Assembly: GCA_965603825.1 (NCBI GenBank)
Contig: CBFDEM010000057.1
Span: 1-64,000, forward strand
Reading direction: 5' to 3'
From: Blepharisma stoltei ATCC 30299
Taxonomy: Eukaryota; Protista; Ciliophora
DNA length: 64,000 bases
Of the stretch, positions 1 to 13,568 are shown in pieces. Numbering within the stretch: position 1 is the first letter of the stretch; every line of letters starts with the position of its first letter. A program made the position numbers and the translations under genes. The notes under the pieces were generated by a model. The model was not told where the DNA came from, made no database searches, and worked only from the letters and a program-made list of their open reading frames with translations.

Positions 1-1805
1 AACACCCTAACACCCTAACACCCTAACACCCTAACACCCTAACACCCTAACACCCTAACACCCTAACACCCTAACACCCTAACACCCTAACACCCTAACA
101 CCCTAACACCCTAACACCCTAACACCCTAACACCCTAACACCCTAACACCCTAACACCCTAACACCCTAACACCCTAACACCCTAACACCCTAACACCCT
201 AACACCCTAACACCCTAACACCCTAACACCCTAACACCCTAACACCCTAACACACCTAACACCCTAACACCCTAACACCCTAACACCCTAACACCCTAAC
301 ACCCTAACACCCTAACACCCTAACACCCTAACACCCTAACACCCTAACACCCTAACACCCTAACACCCTAACACCCTAACACCCTAACACCCTAACACCC
401 TAACACCCTAACACCCTAACACCCTAACACCCTAACACCCTAACACCCTAACACCCTAACACCCTAACACCCTAACACCCTAACACCCTAACACCCTAAC
501 ACCCTAACACCCTAACACCCTAACACCCTAACACCCTAACACCCTAACACCCTAACACCCTAACACCCTAACACCCTAACACCCTAACACCCTAACACCC
601 TAACACCCTAACACCCTAACACCCTAACACCCTAACACCCTAACACCCTAACACCCTAACACCCTAACACCCTAACACCCTAACACCCTAACACCCTAAC
701 ACCCTAACACCCTAACACCCTAACACCCTAACACCCTAACACCCTAACACCCTAACACCCTAACACCCTAACACCCTAACACCCTAACACCCTAACACCC
801 TAACACCCTAACACCCTAACACCCTAACACCCTAACACCCTAACACCCTAACACCCTAACACCCTAACACCCTAACACCCTAACACCCTAACACCCTAAC
901 ACCCTAACACCCTAACACCCTAACACCCTAACACCCTAACACCCTAACACCCTAACACCCTAACACCCTAACACCCTAACACCCTAACACCCTAACACCC
1001 TAACACCCTAACACCCTAACACCCTAACACCCTAACACCCTAACACCCTAACACCCTAACACCCTAACACCCTAACACCCTAACACCCTAACACCCTAAC
1101 ACCCTAACACCCTAACACCCTAACACCCTAACACCCTAACACCCTAACACCCTAACACCCTAACACCCTAACACCCTAACACCCTAACACCCTAACACCC
1201 TAACACCCTAACACCCTAACACCCTAACACCCTAACACCCTAACACCCTAACACCCTAACACCCTAACACCCTAACACCCTAACACCCTAACACCCTAAC
1301 ACCCTAACACCCTAACACCCTAACACCCTAACACCCTAACACCCTAACACCCTAACACCCTAACACCCTAACACCCTAACACCCTAACACCCTAACACCC
1401 TAACACCCTAACACCCTAACACCCTAACACCCTAACACCCTAACACCCTAACACCCTAACACCCTAACACCCTAACACCCTAACACCCTAACACCCTAAC
1501 ACCCTAACACCCTAACACCCTAACACCCTAACACCCTAACACCCTAACACCCTAACACCCTAACACCCTAACACCCTAACACCCTAACACCCTAACACCC
1601 TAACACCCTAACACCCTAACACCCTAACACCCTAACACCCTAACACCCTAACACCCTAACACCCTAACACCCTAACACCCTAACACCCTAACACCCTAAC
1701 ACCCTAACACCCTAACACCCTAACACCCTAACACCCTAACACCCTAACACCCTAACACCCCTAACACCCTAACACCCTAACACCCTAACACCCTAACACC
1801 CTACA
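1..1805 (+). repeat. Telomere, (CCCTAACA)n, heterotrich type
   Basis: About 225 tandem 8-mers from base 1. Variant units near 253 (CACCTAACA) and 1758 (CCCCTAACA); the last unit is degenerate (CCCTACA) at the junction with unique AT-rich DNA. Confidence 0.99.
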
Positions 1806-2830
1806 TTTTTTTAATACCAATTCTATTTTTCTTACAGTTTAAAATAATCAAACTATGAATAATTTCTGACATTAAATAATGTTATCGAGTATTGATACCT
1901 TAAATTAAACTGGATTTAATATTTAGTTTTCTTTTCTCCATCTCTTTTTCTAAATTGAGTTTAGCCACTCGATATCATTATTAATAAATATTAATGGTCA
2001 AGTTAGGTAGTTCATTCTATAAAAATTTATGAAATTCATTATATTTAACATTGGATACCTTTTCCATGAGTGAACTTTTAATTGATAATAATAGCAATAA
2101 TTCATAATATTTTATTATATTTAAGCATATGATATTTTATATCAATCCTTATAGTGAATAATTGATAATTTTGTGATGCATATACTTCTGAACTGGCTAT
2201 TATAAAACAGATAAAGTTACTCAATATCACATTATATTAATTAGAATAAACTTAAAAGAATTCAAAAAATTCAACTTTTATATCTTAGAAATTTGGCTAT
2301 TTCTCAAAAGCAGGAAACATAAAAGGAGTTATATATATGGATTGAATCCTCTATTAGCTAATAAAATTTAGGAATAATTATGACTAACAGTCGTTAAGAA
2401 ATATTGGAATCTAGTCCAATTTCTTCCTTATTACTTCAAATAATCATGGGCTGCTATTCTATTCCCAGAAAAGGTAGCTCGCTATTTGAAGAGCCCAAAC
2501 ATTATCCATGAATTTATGATAACCTTGCTTACCAAACTGCATTCCTATACATACCAATTAAAGATCTATACACATAATTGCATTGCTTAGCCCACCAATA
2601 TACATAATTGGCAACTTCATAAAAATAATTGAGATACAGCCACATGCTCTTCCTAAATGAGTGTAATCTAATTTCAAATGCACAAGCCTAAAATATCCTC
2701 AAAAGCAGATAATTTCCTATATTCTACTATTACCTGTTGCTTTTAAGAAAATTACTTGACCATTTACTTGCCCAAAATGGATGATGTTATCGAAATTTTG
2801 CAATGTAATTGAATTCATAGTAATTATTAA

Positions 2831-3250
2831 ATGGACATAACCCCAAGCTTAACTGCAGAAAAAGAACCCTTACTTAGCAAGAAGGCTTCAGTTTTTGATG
2901 GTTTACAGAATTATAGACGAAGCTTTAGTGAACTATTAAAGTCCCCAATAGATATTTGGTACCTTTATGCTTATGAGCTTATAGCATACTGCTCTGCAAC
3001 AATGGTTGTCCTTAGCATGTCACTATATTTTACAGAAATCCTGAAATTCAGTGACATTATGACTGGAATTCTGATTGCAGGGTTCGGAGTTTCCGGAGTT
3101 TTGGTTTCAATTGGGTTTGGCCACTATATTGATAGGCACGGAATTAAAAAATCCTTGTTTTTATCCAACGTCTTTGGGATCCTAAACTTCGTGCTGCTAT
3201 ATTTATTTAATAATTCTTTATTTTATTGTGCATATGCTCCATCTAGCTAG
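2831..3250 (+). pseudogene. Truncated MFS transporter (N-terminal TM helices only)
   Basis: 139 aa with about 3-4 hydrophobic helices and MFS motif A-like GHYIDRHGIKK; ends at TAG with no recognisable continuation. Confidence 0.65.
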
Positions 3251-3399
3251 GCTTAGCTGATAGATCCTTTTTAATGAGTTTTCAGCTATTTGGTATTGCT
3301 TATATTTCTATCTAATGTATGCTGCAGCATGCTTTAGGTTTCTGCTTAATCAGTTTTAAACTTTTTGTTTTCAAATTAAATTTATAATATAATCTCTTC

Positions 3400-3900
3400 A
3401 TTGAGATAGCCAGACACTTATTAAAATTGCGTGTTCATAAAGCAAAATATATTGACCCTTGACTTTCTAATTGAGAAAGGCATCTAAATTTCATGAAACT
3501 AGTTAATGGTGCTCTTTCAGCAATATTTCAAGCATACTCATTGCTTTCTTCACATTCTTATAATATACACAACTTAGCTACTGCATAAATCCTAGAATTT
3601 CCTGTAAAAAAGAAATCAAATGGCTGCAGGGCTGATGGGTGAATTGATATTTCTGATAGATTCCTATAGCAATATCATATTTGTGAAAGCTTCGAGCACT
3701 AGCATTAAATAATAAAAGTGATTCCTTAAAAAATATAATTAAATTTATGTTTACTTGGCTTATCGCTGATAAAATTAGTCCTCTATTTTCAATAAAATTT
3801 CACCTATACACAGAACTGGCAGTAAGACCTCTTCATATCATGATGAAATAAATGCAGTTTCAATAGCAAACTGCCTTTAAATTCGAAAACGATAAATAAT
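3400..3900 (-). pseudogene. Highly decayed kelch-like family remnant
   Basis: Minus-strand peptides FHKYDIAIG and GNSRIYAVA resemble the neighbouring family; many stops. Confidence 0.35.
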
Positions 3901-4431
3901 GGTAGAACGTTTTCTTGATTTTAAAATTACCCACATCCAATATACAAAATTTCCACACTTCGCTATCATTGCTTATGCAAACAACTCACGATCCCCTATT
4001 TGCAGCATACTTCAAAAATTCTCCCATGTAAACTCTGGAATCAGTTTTTTCTCTTCACTATGAGTTTCGGTGTTGAAAATATATAACCATCTGTCACCTC
4101 GATTAATTTTTGGGGTCAAGACGGGCATATAGCTGCTTGCTGATAGGATTGGACTTTGAAAATTCATGAATTTTTGGAATCATTTTATTAGAGAGTTTAT
4201 TAAAGAGTATCGAAATATTAGTATTTATTGAAATAAAAGACAGGAAAAATATAAGCTTGTGGAATGAGATATGCGAAAATCGCGCATAATTGAGCAAAAC
4301 AGTCAGATACTGGGAGTTATGCTAAAAAAGATATTATAGAGTGATTTATAAAAATTTAGCATAGGTTGTTGAAGGAGAAATAGAAATTAAATGAGTTAGC
4401 AAAATTTATATTAATTTATGGCAGACTCAAT

Positions 4432-5502
4432 TTATATATTAGGATGAAATTGAAGGGCTTCTTCATATATAAAATTAGAAAGCTGGTCTCTTGTTAACTC
4501 AGAATTATCAAAACTGGCATCAAAATGCTTGTCTGCAAGAATTTCTTGAGACTCGTGCAAGTCTCGAAAATAAGGATGTGCTAAGCACTGTTCTGCAGCT
4601 CATCTTTTCTTGGGGCTAAATTGAAGCATTTTATCAAGCAAATCTAGCATATCTGTACTTGCTGTAGGAAACAAAACAGATCATTCTATTTTTTCAGTTT
4701 GTGGAAGGCTTTCAACAAATCTTTTAGCAGCTGAGTTGCTAATGAAGCCTATATCTTCGCGAGTAGGAGTTCCTAGTACCTTCACAATTACTTTTATCTG
4801 ATCGAGATAGTTTTTGCCAGGAAACACTGGATTTCTTCCAAGGATTTCTGCGAAAATACAACCGCAGCTCCATATGTCTATTGATTTTGTGTTTCTGAAA
4901 GAATTTAGAATCATCTCAGGAGCCCGATATCATCTGCTGCCAACGTATTCTTCTAAATTTTCAGCAATTTCACTACAACTCCTTGCAAAACCCCACCCAG
5001 AAATTTTAAGATCGCAGTTTCTGTTGAGGAGGATATGAATTGGAGATATATTCCTATGTGTTATGTTGGCTGAATGAATGTAGCAAACCCCTCTTAGTAG
5101 CTGGTACATAAAGTATTGGATATGTTCATCTGTTAGCTCTTGTCCAGAACGAATAACTCTACACAAATTAACTTCCATTAGGTCAGTTACTATATAGATA
5201 TCATTGTAGCAAAATCTTGACGGAGGGAGCTGAATATTGAGTAAATTAACTATGTTCTGGTGATTCAAGAATTGGAGTATTTTTAGCATTCACAAAATAT
5301 TTTTTGTATCAATCAAATCTTGAAATATGTTCGAAAATTTTTTAATTGCAACTTTTGTGTTGGTTTGATGGTCAATGGCAGAGACAATTGCATCAAAAGA
5401 GCCTGAACTCAGCTGATTGATGTATTCATAGCGGTCATCAACTATAAATGAAATGCTATTCGAGATAAACTTTGTTTTGCCTTTAGGAATTTCTTGCTCC
5501 AT
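4432..5502 (-). CDS. MAPK-family pseudokinase, 356 aa (UGA=Trp)
   Basis: ORF pieces 5502-5290, 5289-4930 and 4914-4681 are one frame joined by TGA at Trp positions (SRWYRAPE, KRWAAEQCLAHPYF); ends TAA at 4432. HRD is HRN, DFG is GWG, TEY is EEY. Confidence 0.92.
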
Positions 5503-6258
5503 TTTAATTTTTATAATCTAAGTAAGGCAACCCATCCTTTTATACCTTATTTTAAATTTAAATCTTCACAATAAGATTTCCTTCATATTTTTAGAATTTA
5601 TTTCTCAAAATATGGAGTCAAATGATGACCGGTCCAGTTTAATAATCATAATAATAAGCGGAATAGAAATCTGATTTTGAAGTCATGGCTTCTTTATTTC
5701 TTTGATTGAGAGATAGAATTGTTATGTGCTCAGCTTTCTCTTTTAGGTGATTAATAAGTTGAAAAGAAGATAGGATCTTTTATACAATGCATGAAGAGTT
5801 GACTTCTTATATAATTATGTGTTACTTAGATTTTATCTTATATTCCATATATCGGAAATAGTAATTAATATCTTGAGCCAGAGGGATTATAAAAAATTCT
5901 GAGAATATTTATTGAAAATGCTTTGGCGCCTTATTTCTCCCAGTAATAAGCAAATTCTTAGTATGAAATAAGGTATTTCACGAAGATAAAAATATTATTA
6001 CTATTCTATATAAAATGCAAAAAGTAATCAAAATTATCGAATCTCGACTCAACTCAAATCTGAATTTACCATCCTTAGCACAAAATTATAAAAATCACAA
6101 TTAAAATCTAATTATTTGAATCAAGAGCTAATAAGGATATGCAAGAGTAATTATTGTAGTGCTAGCATTTAGCGGCTTATTGAGAATCTTTATGTTGAGG
6201 AGGCAGATATGCTTTTTCTTGGTAGCTCCAGTAAATTAATTAATAATTTATTGGATAA

Positions 6259-7074
6259 TTATTTTATTATAGAAAGCTGTCTTCTATTTATATCAAACCT
6301 GTAAATTGGTATATCGGTGCCGTATTTTGAATAGCCACTAATATAGATCGATTCTTTATAACTTATTCAAAGTATTTGAAAACTGACTGTTAAAGGAGAT
6401 TTTCCAATAATCTTTCAAGAGTATTCATCCTCAATACCACTTTCAATAATATTTCCTTTTGTTTCTATCACATAAACTCTTGACTCGGCTACAAATATCA
6501 GCTTTCCATAAGGATGAACAATGCCTAAAATTTCTGAATAGCTATCCAGATCAATATTATACTGGTATATTGAGTCTTTTCCTCATCCTGCTATTATAAT
6601 AGAGTGCCTAAAAAAAGCACAGGAGCAATTAATTATACCGACTGGAAGAGTTGCCAATTTGGTCCATCGATTTTCTGCAAAATCGATCTTCTCCGCATAA
6701 CTTGCGCTTTGCCTGTTTTTAGACCTGCCAAAAACATAAATACATTGATCTCAATAAATCAATCCAAAACTAAAGAAATACTCTCTTAAAGAAGGGAAAC
6801 TCCTTATTATTGTTTGATTTGCTAAGTCAATTATTCCTGAACCTCTATTAAGAAATGTTTTTGATCCTACAAAAAACAATTCATTATTCGAAATCTGTAT
6901 AAAGCGTGTTAAATTGTCTAAATGGCCTGGCAACGATGCCATATCACTTATTTCTGTCTTTGCATTGGGATTATAAACCTGAAAGAAAGTGAATTTTTCT
7001 TCATTCTGATGAATTTTGCATAGTTTTTCAAAAGAATTTTGGCTGAATGCTGTTGGTCTTTGTTCAATTATCAT
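6259..7074 (-). CDS. Kelch-like beta-propeller protein, 271 aa (UGA=Trp)
   Basis: Hand-translated open frame from ATG 7074 to TAA 6259; kelch-like blades CIYVFGRS..AEKIDFAENRWTKLATLP and IIIAGWG..IYQYNIDLDSY. Confidence 0.85.
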
Positions 7075-7159
7075 ATTTATTTGTTAAATTTATTATAAAA
7101 ATTTTAAAAGCTTCAAATTTAATATTTCTAAGACAAATAAGCTGATTAATAATATTAAT

Positions 7160-8253
7160 TCTTAATAGTGCTAAAGTTTGTTTTTATCTCCCATATCTTG
7201 GTGAGTTTCTGAGCTGATTCAGCTGCTTAGTGCTAATATCAAATCTAAAAAATGGGACTCTATCCTTATATTCTGAATACCCATTAAAATAGATCGATTC
7301 TTTATCAGCTATTCAAAAAACTTGATAATAGACTGATAGAAAAGATTTTCCAATAATTCTTCAATTGTACCGCTCTCAATAATATTCCCTTCAAATTCTA
7401 TCGCATAAGCTCTCAGTTCAGCTACAAACATTATTAGCTTATAGTGGTTGCAAGCTAGACCTTCTATCTCTGAATAGCTATCCAGATCAATATTATATTG
7501 ATATATTTTGTCCTTTTTGTCTCCTGCAATTAGAATTGAGTGCCTATAAAAGACGCACAAGCATTCATCTACATCAGCTGGGGGAGCAGCCAATGCCTTT
7601 CATCGACTTTTTGTTAAACTTAGCTTCTTAGCTACCGAATTTTGGCTTCTATTAATCTTAGAGAGACCAAAAACATAAACTTTTGCTCAAAATAAGCGAC
7701 CCAAAAGCCAAAGAAATCATCTCCAAATGGGAAGGGGAAGAACTTGCAATCTCATATCTTGTAAAGTTAATTATTCCAGCTACACCCTCAATTAGAATAT
7801 GTTTTCGGTCCCACAAAAAATAATTCTTTATTTGAAATCCGTATTGCATTTTATCACATTTGCTTTCTATAAGCAGGGAGATTGGTTGCGAACTAAAATT
7901 GATAAGAAACTCTTTAACTGGCCTTTGCAGAAGGGCCAACTGAAAATTGGTTTGCAACTTAGGCGCACAAGCTAACCCCCAATTAGCTAATTTCCCCTCT
8001 CATAATAATTATATGCAGTGAGATGCTATAAAAAACTTGTTGAATCATCTAAATTGACTGACAATGAGTTTACATCATATATTTCCTTTTTCGTGCTGAT
8101 GTTATAAACTTGGAAATAAGTGGGTAATTCTTTATTCTGATAAAATTCATTCAATCTATCGTAAGTAGTAACTCTTTCTTTATATTGGGTAATTTTGCAT
8201 AGATTCTCATAAGAATTTTCGCTGAATTTAAGTGCTCTTTGTGGAATTGTCAT
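7160..8253 (-). pseudogene. Kelch-like paralog of 6259-7074, disrupted by an IES-like insert and frameshifts
   Basis: Colinear similarity (FQVYN, ELFFVG, IYQYNIDLDSYSEI, GNIIESG); 187-bp insert and a frameshift near 7785. Confidence 0.85.
7842..8030. mobile_element. TA-bounded IES-like insertion (187 bp plus one TA) with imperfect terminal inverted repeats
   Basis: Ends are TATTGCATTT and (reverse complement) TATAGCATCT. Excision leaving one TA gives DDSTSFLRISNKELFFVGPK, matching the paralog DNLTRFIQISNNELFFVGSK. Confidence 0.8.
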
Positions 8254-8295
8254 ATTAATTAATTTATCTGGGCACTTTAAATATTAAAATTAAGA

Positions 8296-8870
8296 CTATA
8301 ACTCTTTAACGTGGAGCAGCCTCTTTTCCTTGAGGTTGAATTCTAATAGCATAGGCAGGTCCAATCCTTGATTCCTAACGAAATAAAAGTTTTCCGCGAA
8401 TTTCGTAGCATGAGAGATAATAGCAAAATTGGAGGTTGTGTTTTCTACTACCTTTGCCCATGCAGTAGCATCGTTTATCCCGCTTTGATAAGTGCTCCCT
8501 AGGAACTCCATATATAAACTCTATTGTCATATGAAAAAATATCCTTGAGAAGGAGACCGCTCAAATTAAGGCCTGAGATTTCTTGGAAGCAATTCTGCCT
8601 TATATCGTAGCTTAGCAGCTTAGAAAAGTATCAAGCGACCATTAGAACGCTATCTCGAAGCACAGCAGGCAAGCATCAGTATATTCTCCTCCTCTTGGGA
8701 GAGTCTCACATGATTCCCATCTATTAGCTAATAAATTGTATTTAGCCGATACTATTTGATTATGACCTCCAAATGCATATACAAAATTGCTATGATAAGC
8801 TAAACCAGCCCCATGAGTGTTTACACCTGCAGAGAGCTCAATATAATTTTTGTCCTTATCAACTATTAAT
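8296..8870 (-). pseudogene. Decayed kelch-like gene
   Basis: C-terminal GSTYQSGINDATAW..LLEFNLKEKRL resembles family C-termini; upstream part is broken by stops. Confidence 0.6.
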
Positions 8871-9059
8871 TTTTTACCTGTAGTTCTGCCATTGAAGTAT
8901 CCTCCATAGAAAAATGTCGATTGGCTATCAGGGATGTATGTGGATCATAGGAAAATAAAAAGTGGGATAGGGGAGTCAGAAAGAATTTTAATTTCTGTTT
9001 CCACATCTTTTCAGCTCTTAGCATCTCCATACTTTTTTTACAACCGTTTTCACTGCATA

Positions 9060-9186
9060 GATCTTTATTGTCAGCTAAATAGCGATTACCAATTCTTCTA
9101 ACTTTGTAGACAACTCCGAAGAATCCAAAGTTAATGTCATCGACAACTTCAAATTCGTTTGTGATTTCTGCTGGGGAGTGTGGCAT
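9060..9186 (-). pseudogene. Protein-kinase N-lobe fragment
   Basis: EFEVVDDINFGFFGVVYKVRRI is kinase subdomain I; the rest of the kinase is absent. Confidence 0.55.
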
Positions 9187-9399
9187 AATTAATAAATCTT
9201 CATGCGAATTTTATTTCATCAAATCGAAAATATTAATTTAATAATTATCAGCTTTCCAAAATTCTGAAACCCAAGCAGTTTATTTATGAAAAATGTGACA
9301 AGCATTTATTTTAATGCAAGCTGTTTTACTATTTTTAAACTCAGTCTTATCAATGATAAGTAATAATTGAGAGATGAATGAATTGGCTAGCATAATTAA

Positions 9400-10080
9400 A
9401 GAATTCGAAATATTTTACTATGAAAGGCTTTTATATTTAAGTCACAAACTGCACTATTATCTTCAGAATAGTATACATGTTCACCTTATTGACACTTTGT
9501 AGGAACACTTATTCATTATAATGCCCCAATTGCGCATTTTGGATTTTATGCGTTTTAGCGGAATGTTCGAAATTGGATTATTTGGCCCACTCTCATAAAT
9601 CCAGCTACTGCAGTGTATACAATAGCTTCTGTATTTCCAGGAACTATAACCTTCGAAGCTTCAGAAGCAGCATTTGAAAGTATTGAAAACTATTCAAATA
9701 TAAATATTATATACAGACATCCTTTTTGTCTGATTTTGCTTTTAAAAATAAAAGCCAAAAATGAAATTTCATGAGAATTCGCGCTGTTTTCATCAGCATA
9801 TTTCTATTTACAAGCAATCAGCTTTGGATAAGCTTGTAAATTATATACTGAATCCTTTCATTATAGAAGTTCGCCGTTGGCAGTGCACCAGCTAGAAGAA
9901 GTCCATGTCTTGCTACACTCTTAATCAAAGGCTATTTACGTGAGTTTAGATTGCGTTTGTTTTAAATTTTATTATTTCTATGTTAGTCAACTTGATAACT
10001 TATTAGGATTATCTTGCTATTTTTCAGCTTAACAAAAAAGAGGCATGCATTTTGTCTCATTTTAGATAATGTCCTCTTTC
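9400..10080 (-). pseudogene. Decayed kelch-like remnant
   Basis: Minus-strand IYESGPNNP motif (family IYESGFKNP) near 9580-9600; many stops. Confidence 0.45.
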
Positions 10081-11084
10081 AGGTAAATATATTAATCGAT
10101 CTAATTGCTGACTCTTCTTTCCTTTTAAATGAAAATAATAATTTATTTTTACTGGTGTTTCTTGAAATTCTTTTTAATTGCAGCTAATTATAAATGAGCA
10201 CTATGCTAGTATAAAGAGTATTGATTAATATTGATATTATACCTCTATTCGAAGAAGAAGTAAAAAATGAATCTTTGCTATCTGAACATTTTAATAAGAC
10301 TATTTAATTATACCACAAATACTGTAAAAGCCAAACATAAAAATTCGTGATTATTCTATTAAAATTTTTATTAAAGCTAAAAGCTATGAAATACTCAATC
10401 CTCTTTGTATATTTACAATTGCTTTCCTAATTTTTGTAATAAATATTTACACATTCAAAGTGCTTTAATGCCTAATAAATATTGTGATAAATTATTCTCT
10501 TCAAGTTAATAAATTATGAGTAATTGAACTTATCAAATTAATTACCAGGTAGAATTCTTCGTTTTAAAAGCTTCATACCAATCTATATAGATGGCTGCTT
10601 TTTTGCTAGTATAAATCGTGCAGTTTACTTTTGTATATTGACAATCACTAACCCTTGATTTTCTGTAATATTTAATTTATAATTATCGGCTTTCCTTTTA
10701 TCTCATCACTAAGATTTATGTAAGAAATTCTTAATGATTATCTAAATTTAAATTAATTTATTGTTTTACATTATCAGATTAGAATAATTTTACTTATTTG
10801 TCATATTTACAATATGGATTATAAATATTTAATTAAAATTATAATTTAAATAATTTATTACCTAAATTACATTTTTCTAGCCCAAGTAAATTAATAAGAC
10901 CACTTATAGAATAAAATTGAACCCAAAAAATTCTTCTTTTTATATTCAAATAATATCTCCCTTTTTGTAACTATCTGTCAACAAAATCAAATTCTGTCGG
11001 CCATTTTGATTTTATCTGTAAATTTTATTGCGAAATATCATCACTAAAAAAACCAACAAATTAATAATTATAAGTTAATAAAAT

Positions 11085-12499
11085 TGCTGGAGATTAGCTA
11101 CCTGCAGCCCCGTAGCAGAGTCCTTATGCATACTGGGTGAAGTTTTGAGCTATATTAATGATCTTTTAAGTCAGCAGCCTAAAGCAAAAGATGCTGTACC
11201 GAAAGCCACTTATTTTGGGCTGACTTCTTAGGGAGTCAAATGCATCTTTTTGCATGCTCACCTAAGCTCAGTGGGTGCCCGATATGAAGCAGAGCGAAAC
11301 ACCAGCTAAAACAGCTACAGGGGCTTACCCAAGTGACGATATCTGTTAGTTCTTTCTCGAGATGACTCGAAAAGAGGTAAAGCAATTTAGACAGCCAAAT
11401 AAAAATCTCTTCAGTTGTAAAGGTCTGGATGCGAGCTCTGGATTAGAAGGCATAGTGCTGGTGTAGACTTTAGCCATATCTTGGGACAGGAATGGAGTCG
11501 ATATCAAAATCGTTAATTGACCTAAGACCTTAACCTCTACCTGGAAATCAAAGCTTTAGCCAAGCTTAGGCAAGCACATTCCGCTACCCGCAGCTTACCA
11601 CTGCAAGTAGCGCACACGACAAATAGAGCTAAAAACTTTACTATTGAAGCTATTTGACCAAGCATTTGCAATTGAAGCAGGAAAAACTTCCAGCCAAAAT
11701 TTTAAGTCTTATCCTTATCTCCATGACTTAGCTTTTGGGGCCTCAATTATGCTGCAAGCTAAAATCATTGAAGACTTGGAAAACAAAGCAGAACATCTGA
11801 AATCTGAATACGACTTATTTTTTGACAGCAATGATTTAATTTCCTATGCAAGTAGCCTACCAAATGACTACCCAACCACAGAAAAATTATATAAATTTAT
11901 ATACAGCCTTTATCATTACCATCATTTCGGGGTGGAGAGCTGTGTATGCATGCTATTTTATGTTCTAAAATTTTTAAAGGAATCAAAAATTCCGCTATTC
12001 AGAAAAACCTGAAAAAAAATTTTGATCACTGCAGCACTAATTTCTCAAGAGGTTACGAACGAGAACTATTTGAACAATTATGAGTTTGGGCTTATTTTTG
12101 ATAATCTATCAGATTGTGCTCTTTATGAGATGAAGAAAGACTACTTAAATGTGTTGCATTTGAGCTATGAAATTGATGAGCAAAAGTATGAAGCAGTGAT
12201 TGATGGGTCGATCATAAATTATATATTAATATTTTTTATATTTTAATTGTTTTTATAGGTAATTGCCTATAGAAAATTTTAAAAATATTTTATTCTTATG
12301 AAGTGCGCATGAGCCCATGTTTGATATTCTGAAGTCAGTATTTGATGCTAATCCTGGCTGGGAGATTGACTACAATAGTATCAATAAGATAGTGGAAAGA
12401 TCAAAAGAGCTCACAAGGGAAATCAAAGAAATGAAAGAGGAAGACGAGTTTACGATCAGAAGAGTCGATGCTATGATTCTCGATGACTATGCTTATTAA
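11085..12499 (+). pseudogene. Cyclin-Y/PHO80-like cyclin, 5' part decayed
   Basis: PTTEKLYKFIYSL..ESCVCMLFYVLKFL..RKT(TGA=W)KKILITAALISQEV matches the cyclin-Y box pattern; no clean ATG; upstream GC-richer block has stops. Confidence 0.7.
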
Positions 12500-13568
12500 G
12501 AATAATTTTCAATAAAAATAATAAATATTGTTTTAAGTCTCAAATTATCTAACCTGCAAATTCGAAATTCATTATTGAAAAAGCTGCTTATCGGGAGGTC
12601 GAATCCTAAAGGACGGAATTTTTGATAAAAATTATTTTCATTTGAACCTTTGATGCTTTCAGTGCTTTTCCTACAATCTGGAGCTAAGTAAAGAAAATAT
12701 CTATTGAATATTAGTTTCTTGAGCTCAGATTCAGTTTCCTTTAATATACAGGAAATAAGCCTCTAAAAGTTTAGCAGTCAAGCCATCTACTGTTTCAATG
12801 TGATCAGCCAAATAAGTAGAGAAGGCACAGATAGTTCTATTATGAGGTCCTGATGGAATTAAGCTAAAATGCCTGCCAATACTAAAATCACAGAGAAATA
12901 GAGCAACAGAATTGTATTTTACTTTAAAATTTAAATGAATATAACTAATTCTCTAGTAATTAAAAGAATGCATCTAAAATTGTATTAATTTTATGAAGTC
13001 ATCTTAATTATTAAATGAATCTGAAAGCTTTAATTGAAACTTGTGATGCGAGTCAAAAAAAATCTTCCGAGGCCTGCCAATGGAAAGCTTGAGTCTTGCA
13101 ATCACGACGAATGTTTATCTATTTTAAAACTAGGTATTGACATCGATTTGGCTTCCACAATCACCTCACTCCATCAATTAAGAAAAAATAATTATTATGC
13201 CTCATCAATTATTCCGAATTTACTCATAGCAATTTTGCATTTATTGATGCATTTAGCTTGGCTGGTAAGTGATAAATAAGCAAAATGGCTAATAGCCTTC
13301 AGTCTGTTGCTTTATATCTTATGCTCAATAAGATATCAATTTCTTAAAATTGGGATAATTAAGCAATTATGCAGGACTTCAGAGAAGACTGCCAGCATAT
13401 CATATTATATTTGCCACATAATGCACTGAAAATGCTATATCTTCTAGTGATACATTTTTAGAAAGATATCAAAAATTGAATTAAGATGAGAAAGATGTGA
13501 AAAGTATGAAAAAGTAAGGTCATAATATGAGTATTTAATGCTGTAGGCTATAAAAATATTAAAATAAA

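Noticed and set aside
12590-12612. tRNA T-arm-like AGGTCGAATCCT
   Set aside because: No cloverleaf or A box.
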